The notes beneath the pieces were generated by a model, which did not search any database, had not been told where the DNA came from, and saw only the letters and a program-made list of their open reading frames with translations. Below, piece after piece: positions 13,621-26,600 of a DNA stretch of 64,000 nt (position 1 is its first letter; the number at the start of each line of letters is the position of its first letter). A program made the translations under genes and the position numbers. Origin of the DNA: Mustelus asterias (Eukaryota); assembly GCF_964213995.1 (NCBI RefSeq), contig NC_135804.1, positions 67,828,001-67,892,000 of the forward strand, written 5' to 3'.

Positions 13621-15399
13621 ATGCATTTTCAAACTCGCCCATAAAACAGATCTGAATCTGTCCCGTTTCCTCAATGGTTCGGCATTTTATTTTCGCTAAG
13701 TCGTGTCCTTAAAAATGTTTCCATCAGATCGCCCCTTTAGGCTGAACGGCCTGCACCTGCCCCAATTACTTTGCTCATGACTTCAACAGTTTGTAACGAG
13801 GAGAAGTCCCAGTTGCAAGTTAATTGAACAAGAATAATAGCCAAGTAATCAACTAATAATTTATGCGGGAGCGTTGTTTGGAGATGGGGAAGGAGGGACG
13901 AACAAACGAGTTATTATGAGGCTAAAATCACGAACGTTTTCATCTGTTGCTGAAGATTAAAGCTTCGATTAAGATTACCTGGAGAAATACTAAACAAGTA
14001 AAGAAGAAATCGAAACATGGATGTTGCTGTGTAGTTGGTTGGTTATCAATTGATCTTGGTCGGGGACGCAAGGGTTACTCATGGTAGCGTGGGAACCAAC
14101 TTTTATTGGTGACTTCTACACTGGCTGTTAGTCGCAGTCACACACAACACAGACAGTAAATAAAAGGGCCATGAAGGAAGTTAGTGCAGTGCAATATTCC
14201 AAAAATCAATCATGAAAAAGATGAAATTAAAGCAGGGTTGTGATGGCGCTGGCAACATGCATTTGACACATCCTCACGAACGCCTTAACTTTCATTTAGT
14301 TCAAAACTATTTCCAAGTTTTTCACGTGCCTTGTGGCACGTGATGTTGATAATAGATTATAATGCCAGAGATGACGTCTAACCATTGAGTTGGAAAATGT
14401 TATCTTACCTTCCTCATTCCGTATGCCATATATCTGTTCATAAAGCAAATAGTTGGCAGATTTATTTATAATGACTCTCAATTTGACCTCCACTTACGAA
14501 TTTCCACCAATACTATCACACGCAGGTTTCCTCACGACATCTACCTGTACGCACGCATCTGTCCTCCTGAAAGTGAAGGTTTTGCTCTCAGTTCTTTATA
14601 TAAATCTAAGGAGAAGGTATCGCAAACTCGCTCTCAACGAAACGGTCCCACTTCTCAAATATGAGACTATGTAAGTTCCAGGTATAGCCCTACCAGCGCT
14701 ACCTGCAGTTATGGAGAATTTGCTGCTTAGCCAAATCTCTGGCTGGCATTCTCTGACCTCGTGTGTGGCTCGGAGTCTCCTTCTGCAAGTGAATGAAGGA
14801 TTGGCTGAGCTCCATTCACAGCATCAGCACCTGAAAGTCCCAACCGCCGATGCCGTTGGGGACTCCCGGCCGAAGTGTCTGTTCTCTCTCCGTAACTTCT
14901 GCTGCACAAATTGATCAGCGAGATCTTCTACTTATTAACGTATTCGAAACCACAATCCGCAGTGTGACCCTTGATATCATTGTACTCCAATTGGTGTTAA
15001 TGAGGCGATGCTAATTCGTAATTGGCTGAGGGATTGTGTGATCGGTATGAGAGTCCAAACCGGTACGATCAATTTCTAATGGACTTCTCGAGTATGATGG
15101 TCATCCGCTGATATTATTTCCAAATTTCCCCTGACGGAACCACTATGTTGTCAATTGCTTGCTGGATCATCCCTCTCAGTATTGAATGTCTTTGTTACTT
15201 CCATCATCTCTGTTAAGATGAAAGAAAGTTTCTTGGCAATTTCCTTGGCAGTTTGTTCAGGATAGAACACATTGCTGGCCATGCCACCATGATAGATATG
15301 TTGAGCTGATAGTTTCAAATCTCATTTGATCGGCATTGATTCAGGCGTTTGGCATTATCACTTTGAATCTTTTGAATCTCTTCAAAGTGTGCACGCCAT

Positions 15400-16330
15400 C
15401 GGGAAAACAGGAATGTTTCCCGGAGGCAAATGCAGCGCTCGTCAGGCCCCATTCAGTCTATGCTAATGGTAGATAACTCCTCTCCTTCCCCACGGGTATG
15501 TCTCTTATGTTCCGGTCCCAGCGGCGCCTAGTTCGCTGTTGTCGGGATTCAGCACTCAGACCAAATAAGAGGGAGCACCATTTTAAGCCCTCCCACCAGC
15601 ACCCAACATATTTTCAGCCAGCACCAGTTTTTTTTTCCGAAGAGTTGCCCCAAGTTTCTTGGACGATGTTCGAAACCGTGGAGGAGAAGAGGGCCATCCT
15701 CTTTCCAAATGTCATGCCATGACCACTTCGTGTTCTAGCAGAAGCCTGTGATGACATGGCAGAGGAAGTAAGCTCTAACATCATTAACAGGCGGACCTTA
15801 CAAATGACACAGGTTGATGAATGCCCTCCTCCGACTGTGGTTAGTACCCACCTGCCTGCTGCTGGCATCACTCCCGTCGGTATCATTTGACATTTCACCT
15901 TATATCCCTAAAAACATCAAACGCACGAACTCCACTCCTCTCCCTCAGACTCCTGCCAAAAAATCAAAGGTTCGGCGCAGTGCTCACACGTGTATGCCAT
16001 CGGCTGCCTACCTTAGTATCCTCGTCATACCGCAATCTGATAATGCCGTTCGTGTGTCTCCATCAGCTAAGATATCCCGCAGCTGCAAGGAACACAGGAG
16101 GCGGGTGTTGGTATAGCTGTGCTTCGGGCCCTTACTCCCTTTGAGGAGAGGAGCCTGGAAATAGTGGGCCCCAAAGCGAGATGTGGTAAGATGTTAGTTC
16201 GAAATGCCCCGCGGAATTTGAGACTTCCATCCACCTTTATCCACTATCTCAAGTGAATCTATCATTTCCCACAAACCTGATATACGCCAACGGTAACACC
16301 ATGTATTTACTCTTCCAGGATCTCCATCAG
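15400..16330 (+). mobile_element. Old Harbinger Myb/SANT-like ORF remnant
   Basis: PAPVFFSEE...ETVEEKRAILFP resembles the ORF at 9680-10180. Confidence 0.5.
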
Positions 16331-16982
16331 TGACACAGAACCATCTGATGTATTTGTCCCGTTAAAGCCGTGCTCCGGCTATCTGGCGATCGAACTCTCG
16401 ACTCCAGAATTTGAAGAATTTGAAGTTAATGGACATTTAAACCAGGCGTGACAATGGTCATGCTTAACAATATAAAGCTGTGATATCAGATTGTCATCCA
16501 TTAAAATAGAGGCAGAATATCCGGGAGGGAGTTGGAGGTGAACGGTGGTAGTAGAAGGACAGTGTGAACAGTGGAGATATAAGATGCTGAGATAGGCAGA
16601 TAAATGATTCAGTCAGCCCAAAAAAATGAGATTTGGCATTTAGCTTGGCTGGGAGTCAATTTAAAAGCTTGATATTTCAATATGATTACTTATACGAGCA
16701 TAAATCTGGAACAATATCTGGACGCAGGAAAGGCAAGAGGAAATAATGTTTTCTGACGAATTAGCAGACTGCTGACTCGCCATTTCGGAATATCCAGAAT
16801 GAGTGAACCGCTTTGGAGGAAATCAATGGGCTTTGGAGGAAATCAATGGGCTCAGTCGTGAAATGATGTGGCACCTGCCCCAGACGTGCTAAATCGTTTC
16901 GCAACGATATCACAAGCTGAGCACGAGAAGGATCAAGGATGGAAAACCAATTTTAAAAACCTGTGAGGTCAGAAGGCGACTA

Positions 16983-16988
16983 TTTATT
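16983..16988 (-). terminator. Candidate polyadenylation signal AATAAA for the receptor gene
   Basis: TTTATT on the plus strand about 550 nt downstream of the stop codon. Confidence 0.4.
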
Positions 16989-17540
16989 GAAAATGTTGCA
17001 ATTTGAAAAATGAAAGATACATGGATATTTTCACGTCACACATCAAAGGAGGAGTTGGGAGAGGCGGGTGGTGGTGACAATGATAGCACACATAGAGATT
17101 TAAACGATTCCTGGAATGATAATCAAATGAAATCCAAATTCATGTGAGAAAATAAGATGAACATTAGCAAATTAAGGAGCGAATCAAGCGTATCACGTCT
17201 GGATATTGGGTAGAGCAAAGATTAGCCAATCTATTAAAATTAAAAGTAAATTAGAGTAGAAAATGACGCAGTCTTTCTTTCATGTTATCCATATATGTGG
17301 AATGGCTAGAATTCGGAAATCCGACGACGGATGAGCATGGTCAACAACGATGGAGTGCCTTGCGTGGAGTGAGTTTCAAGGCAAACAGGAAATCCACAAG
17401 ATATATTTGGAGAAAAAATCCACCTGCGATTTTCGAAAATGTCAAAGGCCTGATGTAAAGGCAGTTACCGAGGAAAAGATACACGAAGGTGAATACATCG
17501 ATTATGCAGTCATCGCGCAACACTTCCTTGTTTGCTTAAT

Positions 17541-17669
17541 TTAGCTTTTCGTTTTCACGGCTGCGTATGTTAACCTTGTTTCTCCGAATGTCGTTTTTGA
17601 CGATGACCTGGAACCTGCCAGATTCAGAGCAACGTAAGTCAATTTGCTCTCAGCGGTGCTCTGTCTGGT
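17541..17669 (-). CDS. Exon 7 (last coding exon): ITIMs LTYVAL and LTYAAV, stop TAA
   Basis: Acceptor ttgatttacag; TRQSTAESKLTYVALNLAGSRSSSKTTFGETRLTYAAVKTKS*. Confidence 0.87.
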   Translation of the reverse strand, partial: TRQSTAESKLTYVALNLAGSRSSSKTTFGETRLTYAAVKTKS

Positions 17670-20600
17670 CTGTAAATCAACGACAGGGAGTATTTTACTA
17701 TTTATTAACTTAAATGTATCGAAATTGCATCAAGTTGATTTTCAATACAATCTCAAAAGCAAATTATAGCAGACAAGATTAAAGTTTCCACGTGGGAATT
17801 GAGATTTACCTCTGTATATACCGTGTGTTCTCTGTGTTGTTTCGGCATTTCGCCACGCTTGGAACCGGTCAGATAAAGAGCAGCGTACAGCAGTTTGCCT
17901 TCGGCTGAATTTCGTTCCTTCTAGGAATTCAATGTTTAGTATTCAGTAAGTTTCATCTTTCGGACACAAAATCTTGCATACATACATACAAATTAGAAAC
18001 CGAAGCAGGCCGCTCAACCTCTAAAACCATTTTGCTATTCCTTAAGACATGTTTGATCCCCGTGTGGCCTCAATTTCACTGTCCTTTCTGCGCCCTGAAT
18101 CTCCAAGCCTTACAAACTGCCCTAATTCAGTAAGCTCCACAAATATCTACGAATTTCCGTATCGCTCTAACCTCCTAGAGTTCCTTGGCATTTCCCAGCC
18201 ATTATTCACAGTAGTTCTTTACTTTGTAAAAATAACAAATCAAATTAGTGTTTTTTCAGTTTTCTCTCCTGTCAATCAAAAAGTGATCGAAGTCAACCTT
18301 GAAGTAATTGAATGAATTTGCCTTCACCGCTCTCTGATTAAATCAGTTCTACAGATGCGTGGCCCACTGAGAGGGAAATAAATCAAATCTCCTCATCCTT
18401 GTCTTAAATGGTAAATCATGCTTTTTCAAACGGCATCACGTATTTTTACCCTTTGCTACAAAGTATCACATTTTTGCAACGTCCATTCTGTCAAGACGAC
18501 TCAGCATTTTCTACTTTTCAAAAGATCACTTAGTCTTCTAAAGTGAGGAGGGTACAGGCCCAATCTGTTAAAAATGTCCTCATTAAATAACACGCTCATC
18601 CCAGCAATCAATCTGGTGAAACTTCTCTTAATTATTTGAACTGAAGTTATTTTATTTCTTCATGAAGGACCAAAGCTGCGTACAATACGTTTGGGCGGGA
18701 ATTTTACCGGCACGCCCACGCCGATTCCGGGGGCGGTCGCGACTCGGAGGACGGCTTCCTCCGAAGGCCTCGGGCGGGATAGTACAGACCTCGGGCGGAG
18801 GTGCCGGTCAGATTCTTCCTTCGGCACCAATTCTCAGCTGCAGCACTACACTTCATAATCCACTCCTCTTGCAATGAACGGTAACATTCCATTGGGCATC
18901 CCAGCCACTTATGCGCCTTCTCAACCATATATTTCGGTTCATATTATTGTGTTCTGATTCATGTACCGGGACATCCGTATGTCTCTGTACATCAGAGTCT
19001 AAAATATCTTCGCATAAAAAAAATACGTGTTTTATTCTGACTGCTAAAATGGACAAATTCGCGATCTCTCACGTCATCTGTCATTTTTTGCACACTCTTT
19101 ACCTATCCGTGACCCTCTGCAGACTCCATATTTCCCCCTTGCCACTTACTCACCCATCTACTTTCTTTCATCAACATCTTTAGCAGCCATGCGTATAGTG
19201 TTATCATCCAAGTCGTTGATATCAATTGTAAATAATTGAGGACCCAAGACTGATACACATGACACTACAATTGATACATATTTTTCCAACCAGATAAAAG
19301 GCCAAAATGTGCCTACTCTATGTTTCCTGACAGCTAGATAGTCCTTGATAGATGCTATCACCTGTGTCATGTGATCTTGCTATGTGTGGAACCTTTGATG
19401 TCGAACATGATGGAATGTCTTTTCGAAATCCACAGGATCCACAGTAACTCCACAGGTTCGGTTTTATTCACTTTGCTTGTTACTTTCTCAAATAACTCAT
19501 ACATTATGTAATAATAATTTCCAGGTTACAACGCCATGTTTACTCTGCTAACCTCCATCAGATTTCCCAAGTGCCCTGTTACAACTCCTTTATTAATGGA
19601 TTCCAGCATTTTCCCAATGGCAGAAGTTAAGATAATTGGCCTGTAGTTTCTGGAATACTGTTTCCCTCCTTTCTTGAGCAAAGGAGCTACATTCGCTGTT
19701 TAATTCAAATCTAATTTGTCGCTGCCAGAATCTAGGACGTTTTGAAAATTTAAATCCAAGTCATCCATTCTCTCAGCAGTTACTTATTGTAAGACCCTCG
19801 TAACAGTTGCATCATGCTTGGGACTTTTCAGATTTTTCGTTATATTATTTTTTCAGCAGCATCATCCTGCTGAAAGTAATCGTTTTATGCTCTTGCTTCC
19901 GTTTCGCATCGCGATATCCAATTATTTCTGGTATATGCTTTGTATCCTCTACAGCGATATATGTTCCGTTGATTCTGCTTTCGCTTGATTGGCAATCCTA
20001 ATTCGTCAGACCCGCTCTTTGGCGGAGCAGCACATTATAAGTAGTTGCTTTTACAACACCTGTGAAAACTCTTCCGATTTGTGCTGCATATTAATAGCTA
20101 ACGATCGGTCCTGCTCTGATGTTTCACTTCATTTTTAGCCATTATTCGCTGTAATTTATGCAACTTGTTCGTCTAACCTGCCAGTAAACTTCAGGGAATT
20201 GATTTTGTTTATTTCAATTTGATCCTGTTGATAACTTCCTTAGTAAGCCGCGGATAATATGTCCGTCCCCTCGAGATGTTTTGTTCTTTCTGACTCAAAT
20301 GGCTGAGAATTAGAAAACATCTCCTTAAGTTTCTGATAAAAGCACGACAGCTGTGGATGCTGGAATAACAACAGAAAATGCTTGAAAATCTTAGCAGGTT
20401 GACAGCATCTGTAGAGAGAAAATAGAACGAAGTCCAGACCACCCTTCGTCAGAGCTTCGTCAGATCCCTTGTCAGCATTTTGCAATGACAAAGGATCGAG
20501 TATGGAAGTAGCAAAGATCAAAGACCATTACAGCACAGAAACAGGTCGTTTGGCCCTCCAAGCTGAAATGTCAGCTTGTGAAAGAGAAAGACGGGCTGCC

Positions 20601-23600
20601 TGAACAGTATAAATAGATTTTTTTTTCCTGAATCGCCTGGTGGATACATTTTTTTATTCTTAAGCAAGGAATAACGGGTGATCTCATTTTAAACCGCGTA
20701 AGAAGGATAGGCAATAGTGTTGCTCTCTATTTTCGTTACCGATTCTACACTGAGATTAGAAATTTGAATTTTATTTGTAATATAAATGCCGTGGCACGTT
20801 TTCACCATGCTGCAGCTTGGTTTGCACAACAAGAAATGCAAATCTGCGAACCTTATTCTCACTATCTTTAGTAGCCGAAAAAGGTATGTCATTTTAGCTA
20901 ATATAGATGGAAAGTTAAAACTGTATTGAACTATTCAAAAAGCTGGCAGAGTTTGCAAACGCTTCGACCATTTTTCTAATTTTACTTGTTTATACATAAA
21001 GTTGCGCTTTTCCAGAAAAGGGGAAAAGTCAAGTCCAAATCCCCACATGTTTAAAAGAGATTTATTTAATGTGATGTCATTCACGTGAACTTGAGAACAC
21101 AAGTTCAGGATTGAGAACAAAATGTGCTTACCTCATCTGTACGCTGTGTAGTATTTATTGATTTTTTCTTTGCACCTGGTGAAATTCGAAAAGGATAACG
21201 TATAAATAGGGGGCATATTTGCATTTGACCCGATGTCAATTAAGTAAAATGCAATTCATGCCAGCAAGCTATAGTGATACGCTGATTTCGTAATATATCA
21301 CAAAATGTTCAAACCAAACGAATTTGTTTCGCTATCGCTTCTGTATTAAAGCTACGCAGGCACCATTGCACTATTTAAGTTACATTTTTATGGTTAGATA
21401 ATGCAGTTCGGAAAATGAAGCTGTGAGCATTATAATGTCAGATGCTCATGTAATACTTGAGTTGAAGCAACATGTAAGTGTGAAGGTATTTTTCCGTCAG
21501 CTAATTATGCGAATTATACCAAAAAGCAGCTTTGCTCCCGCTTATAGTTACTCGAATCGGATATTTTAAGATTTCGCCTACCAGTAAATTATTTCCTTCA
21601 GTGTGAAAATTCTCATTCATACCTTTGCACTTTATGACTCCAATCACTAGCATTAGGGTCAAAAATAGAATTGCAAGTACACCACCGGACCATCCACCGA
21701 CCATAAGAACATTGATTTTAGAGGGATTAGCTATCAAAATTAGAAAATGTCATGTCAGCCATATGTACACAGCTATCAATATCAAATGCATAATTTTCAA
21801 TTACGCTGTGAATCGAACATCATGATACAAAATATAAAACTTCAGTACATCATTTTCATTATCGATATTTATGCAGCTGTTTTACGAATCGTTCGAAAAA
21901 ACGTGGTTGAAACATATAGATCATAGAATCCTTGAGTCGTAGAATCCCTACAGGGCAGAAGGAGGCCATTCATCCCATCGAGCCTGCACCGACAAAATTC
22001 CCACGCAGGCTCTATCCCCGCAACTCCACGTATTTACGTTTCTAAGGCCCCTGACACCAAAGCACAATTTAGCATTGCCCACCTAACACACACATATTTG
22101 GAGTATGGGAGGGAACCGGAGCAGCCGGAGGAAACCCGCGCTTTCGCAGGCAGAATGTGCAAACTCCACACAGTCATCCGAAGCCCGAATTGAACACGGG
22201 TCCCTCGCACTGTGAGGCAGCTTACCTCTGTGCAAGCCTGTTGGAGAAAGAGCAGCAATGTTGAAGAAGGTGCCCATTGAATGGGCACATTCCCATTCAT
22301 GACTATACAGAATGCAATCGTTTTCAACTGATTGTGCCAATCAAAAAACAATTAAAATGTTGTTCCAAGTTTCATTGCACCACACGCAGAAAAGGTCCAA
22401 ACAAATCGCTTGAGATCATCTTTCAAGGAAAGATGCATTACCGTGTATTTACTCATCTTCTCACAATTACCTGTGACCCTATTTTTAGTCGCATTACGAG
22501 TGAGTAACAACTTTATAAATGAGGAATCAAGTTGGTTTAGTTCGTATCTGCAGCGAGATGAAAAGATTCAATTGTTCGATTCCATAGCTCAGCGATCCAT
22601 TATTTTTCAGTGCCTCGATTGAACATCGATGCTGCATCATTTTCTAAGTTGCAATTTTATGCGGTTAATCTGATTTATGGGAGCAATACTGAAGACTCAA
22701 ACCCATTATTGGTTAGGTTGCATGATGCAGTCTACAATATATCCTATTTTAAAACCAAATGATTGGAAACCTTCGCCCAAAGAATACAATAAGTTTCATC
22801 AATATATGAGCATCAAGCTACTCCAGTAATCACTTCCTATGCACCATCGTTTTTCATGCATTTTTGTGAAGGGCGAAAGACTAAAAACTATCATATTTCA
22901 TATAAGATTACCTTCATCAAAAAACGTATAGCTGGCATTTGCTAACATTGAGCTTGAAACGTGATAAACTTGACAGATATAAACTGTGCCTTGTTCGATC
23001 GCCTGCTGTTTCAGGTTGCTGACAACTTCAAAAAGCCCCTCGGAATTTGCTTGTTGTTCATTTTGGAATCCGCTGAGAATTTGAGCACCGTTTTTATGCC
23101 AGGTGAGGTTAAATCCTTTCGGGTAAAAAGCTGCAGTTTTGCACTGGAGCCTAATAGTAGCAGATGAGATCTCTTCGGATGATATGGACATAATTTTCAG
23201 GGGAGCCGCTGGAGCTAAATTCAAGATAACAAGACAGATAAATTGAAAAAGTGAGCTTCTGCTCTAAAAAATTGTAATTTTATTAATTACGTGCAGCTTG
23301 TTCTTGGCAAGCAAGTTTCTTTAATAATCAGTATTTTTATATTGCTGCGCGGTGTTTTTCATAGATTTTCTAGGTCCCTCCACCCGTACGCTATTAAAGG
23401 ACTACCAGCATGTTTAGCAAAATTGACTTGCATAATTTGTCCCTCTTTATTTAAACCTATGTGTTACAGTCGGTATACTGCATTTAAGGATTTAGCGATT
23501 GGGAGAAGGGGGAGGGCCGGGGGTAGAGGAAAGGTGATAGCGTAGCGATATTATCGCTTGGCTACTAATCCAGAAAATCAACTAACATTCCGGGAACTGG

Positions 23601-26600
23601 CAAGTGGTGGAATTTGAATTCCATTCGCAATATCTGGAACTAAGAACCGACTGACCACCATGAAACCATTGTCGATTGCTTGGGGAAAAACGCGCATCTG
23701 GTTCAGTAATGTATTTTAAGGAACGAAATCTGCCGTCTTCTCGGTCTGGTCTACACGTGACTCCAGATTCACAGCAATGTTTATGGAGTGCTTATACTTC
23801 AATGCAAGGAGCGTAGCAGGTAAGACAGACGAAGTTAGGGCCTTAATGCTCACGAGGAATTTGGATGTGGTTGCGGTGACAGAGACTTGGTTGAAAGAGG
23901 GACAGGACTCGCAGCTGAATATTCCGGGGTACAAGTGTTTTAGGCGAGACAGTGGAGGGGCCCAAAGAGGTGGGGGGGGGGGGTAGCAGTATTAGTTGGA
24001 GAGCATATTACTGCGGTGCAGAGGGAGGACAATTCAGAGGGGTCGTGTAACGAGTCACTCTGGGTGGAGCTTAGAAACAGGAAGGGCGCAGTCACTATGT
24101 TGGGGGTGTATACTACAGGCCCCCCAACAGCCCAAGGGAAGTGGAAGAACGGGTATGTCAGGAGATACTGGATAGGTGCAGGAAAAATAGGGTTGTTGGA
24201 GTGGGAGACTTCAATTTCCCCGGTATAGACTGGAAATCGCTGAGAGCTGGGACTCTGAATGGGGAGGAATTTGTAAAATGCATACAGGAGGGTTCTTTGG
24301 AACAATATGTAGATAGCCCGACTAGAGAGGGGGCTATACTGGACCGAGTACTGGGGAATGGGCCTGGTCAGGTCTTCAAAGTTTCCGTAGGGGAACATGT
24401 GGCAAATAGTGAACAAAATTCTGTTAGCTTTAGGATAGTGATGGAAAAGGATGAGTGGTGTCCCAAGGGTAAGGTGTTGGATTGGGGAAGGTTAACCTTA
24501 GTGGGATTAGGCAGAAATTGGCAGCTCTTGATTGGGAGAGGCTGTTTGAGGGTAAATCCACATCTGGCATGTGGGAGTCTTTTAAGGGACAGTTGTTAGG
24601 GCGACGGGACAGGCATGTGCCTGTAAAAAAGAAGGATAGGAAGGGTAGGATTCGAGAACCGTGGATAACCAGGGAAATTGAGGGACTGATCAAAAAGAAA
24701 AGAGAGGCGTATGTTCGGTCCAGGCAGCGAATAACGGAGGGAGCTCTGGAGGAGTACAAAGGAAGTAGGAAATAACTCAAACGGGGAATTAGAAGGGCAA
24801 AAAGGGGTCACGAAATGTCCTTGGCAGACAGGATTAAGGAGAATCCCAAGGCATTTTATTCATACGTTAGGAACAAAAGGGTTGTCAGGGAAAAAATCGG
24901 ACCTCTCAGGGACAAAAGTGGGGAATTATGCTTGGAGCCCAAAGAAGTAGGGGAGATCCTAAATGAATACTTTGCGTCGGTATTCACAAAGGAGAGGGAT
25001 GTGTTGACTGGGAGTGTCTCGGAGGGGAGTGTTGAACAGTTGGAGAAAATCTCCATTACATGTGAGGAAGTGTTAGGTTTGTTAGAGAATATAAAGACTG
25101 ACAAGTCCCCAGGGCCTGATGGAATCTATCCAAGGCTGGTCAGGGAGATGAGAGATGAAATCGCTGGGTCTCTGGCGCAAATCTTTGTCTCGTCACTGGA
25201 CACAGGTGAGGTCCCAGAGGATTGTAGGATAGCTAATGTGGTCCCGTTATTTAAGAAGGGTAGGAAGGATAACCCGGGTAATTATAGGCTCGTGAGCTTG
25301 ACGTTTGTGGTGGGGAAGTTGTTGGAGAAGATTCTTATGAAAAAGATGTATGCGCATTTAGAAAGGAATAAACTCATTAACGATAGTCAGCATGGTTTTG
25401 TGAGAGGGAGGTCATGCCTCACTAACCTGGTAGAGTTTTTTGAAGAAGTGACTAGAATGGTTGACGAGGGAAGGGCCGTGGATGTCGTCTATATGGACTT
25501 TAGTAAAGCGTTTGACAAAGTCCCTCATGGTAGGTTGGTGAAAAAGGTTGGATCTCATGGGTGGAGAACTGGCTTGGTCACAGAAGACAGAGGGTGGTAG
25601 TGGAAGGGTCTTTTTCCGGCTGGAGGCCTGTGACTCGTGATGTTCCGCAGGGCTCTGTATTGGGACCTCTGCTGTTTTTGATTTATATAAACGATCTGGA
25701 AGAAGGTGTAACTGGGGTGATCAGTAAGTTTGCGGACGACACAAAATTGGCAGGACTTGCAGATAGTGAGGAGCATTGTCAGAGGCTACAGAAGGATATA
25801 GATAGGCTGGAAATTTGGGCAAAGAAATGGCAGATGGAGTTCAATCCTGATGAATGCGAAGTGATGCATTTTGGTAGAAATAATGTAGGTAGGAGCTATA
25901 CGATAAATGGCAGAACAATAAAGGGTGTAGATACGCAGAGGGACCTGGGTCTGCAAGTCCACAGATCCTTGAAGGTGACGTCACAGGTGGAGAAGGTGGT
26001 GAAGAAGGCATATGGCATGCTTGCCTTGATAGGATGGGGCATTGAGCATAAAAGTTGGGGTCTGATGTTGCAGATGTATAGAACGTTGGTTCGGCCGCAT
26101 TTGAAACTGCATCCAGTTCTGGTCGCCACACTACCAGAAGGACGTGGAGGCTTTGGAGAGAGTACAGAGGAGGTTTCCCAGGATTTGCCTGGTATGGAGG
26201 GGCTTAGTTATGAGGAGAGATTGGGTACACTGGGGTTATTCTCCCTGGAAAGAAGGAGGATGAGGGGAGACTTAATAGAGGTGTATAAAATTATGAAAGG
26301 CATAGATAGGGTGAACGGTGGGAAGCTTTTCCCCAGGTCGGTGATGACGTTCACGAGGGGTCATAGGTTCAAGGTGAAGCGGGGGAGGTTTAACACAGAT
26401 ATCAGAAGGAGATATTTTACACAGAGAGTGGATGGGTCCTGGAATGCGCTGCCAGGCAAGGTGGTGGAGGCAGACACACTGGGAACGTTTAAGACTTATC
26501 TAGATGGCCATATGAACGGAGTGGGAATGGAGGGATACAAAAGAATGGTCTCGTTTGGACCAGGGAGCGGCACGGGCTTGGAGGGCCGAAGGGCCTGTTC

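Noticed and set aside
14409-14500. Exon-like stretch on the minus strand ending in GAAG|GTAAGA (VKLRVIINKSANYLLYEQIYGIRNEE)
   Set aside because: No convincing acceptor, partner exons or recognisable domain.
16810-16851. 20-bp tandem duplication (a similar 23-bp one lies at ~43590-43635)
   Set aside because: Ordinary slippage duplications with two copies only; not an array and not CRISPR-like.
20335-20465. Second hammerhead-like motif (CTGACGA twice on the minus strand) in a short repeat in intron 5
   Set aside because: The GAAA half of the catalytic core is missing; treated as a degenerate repeat.
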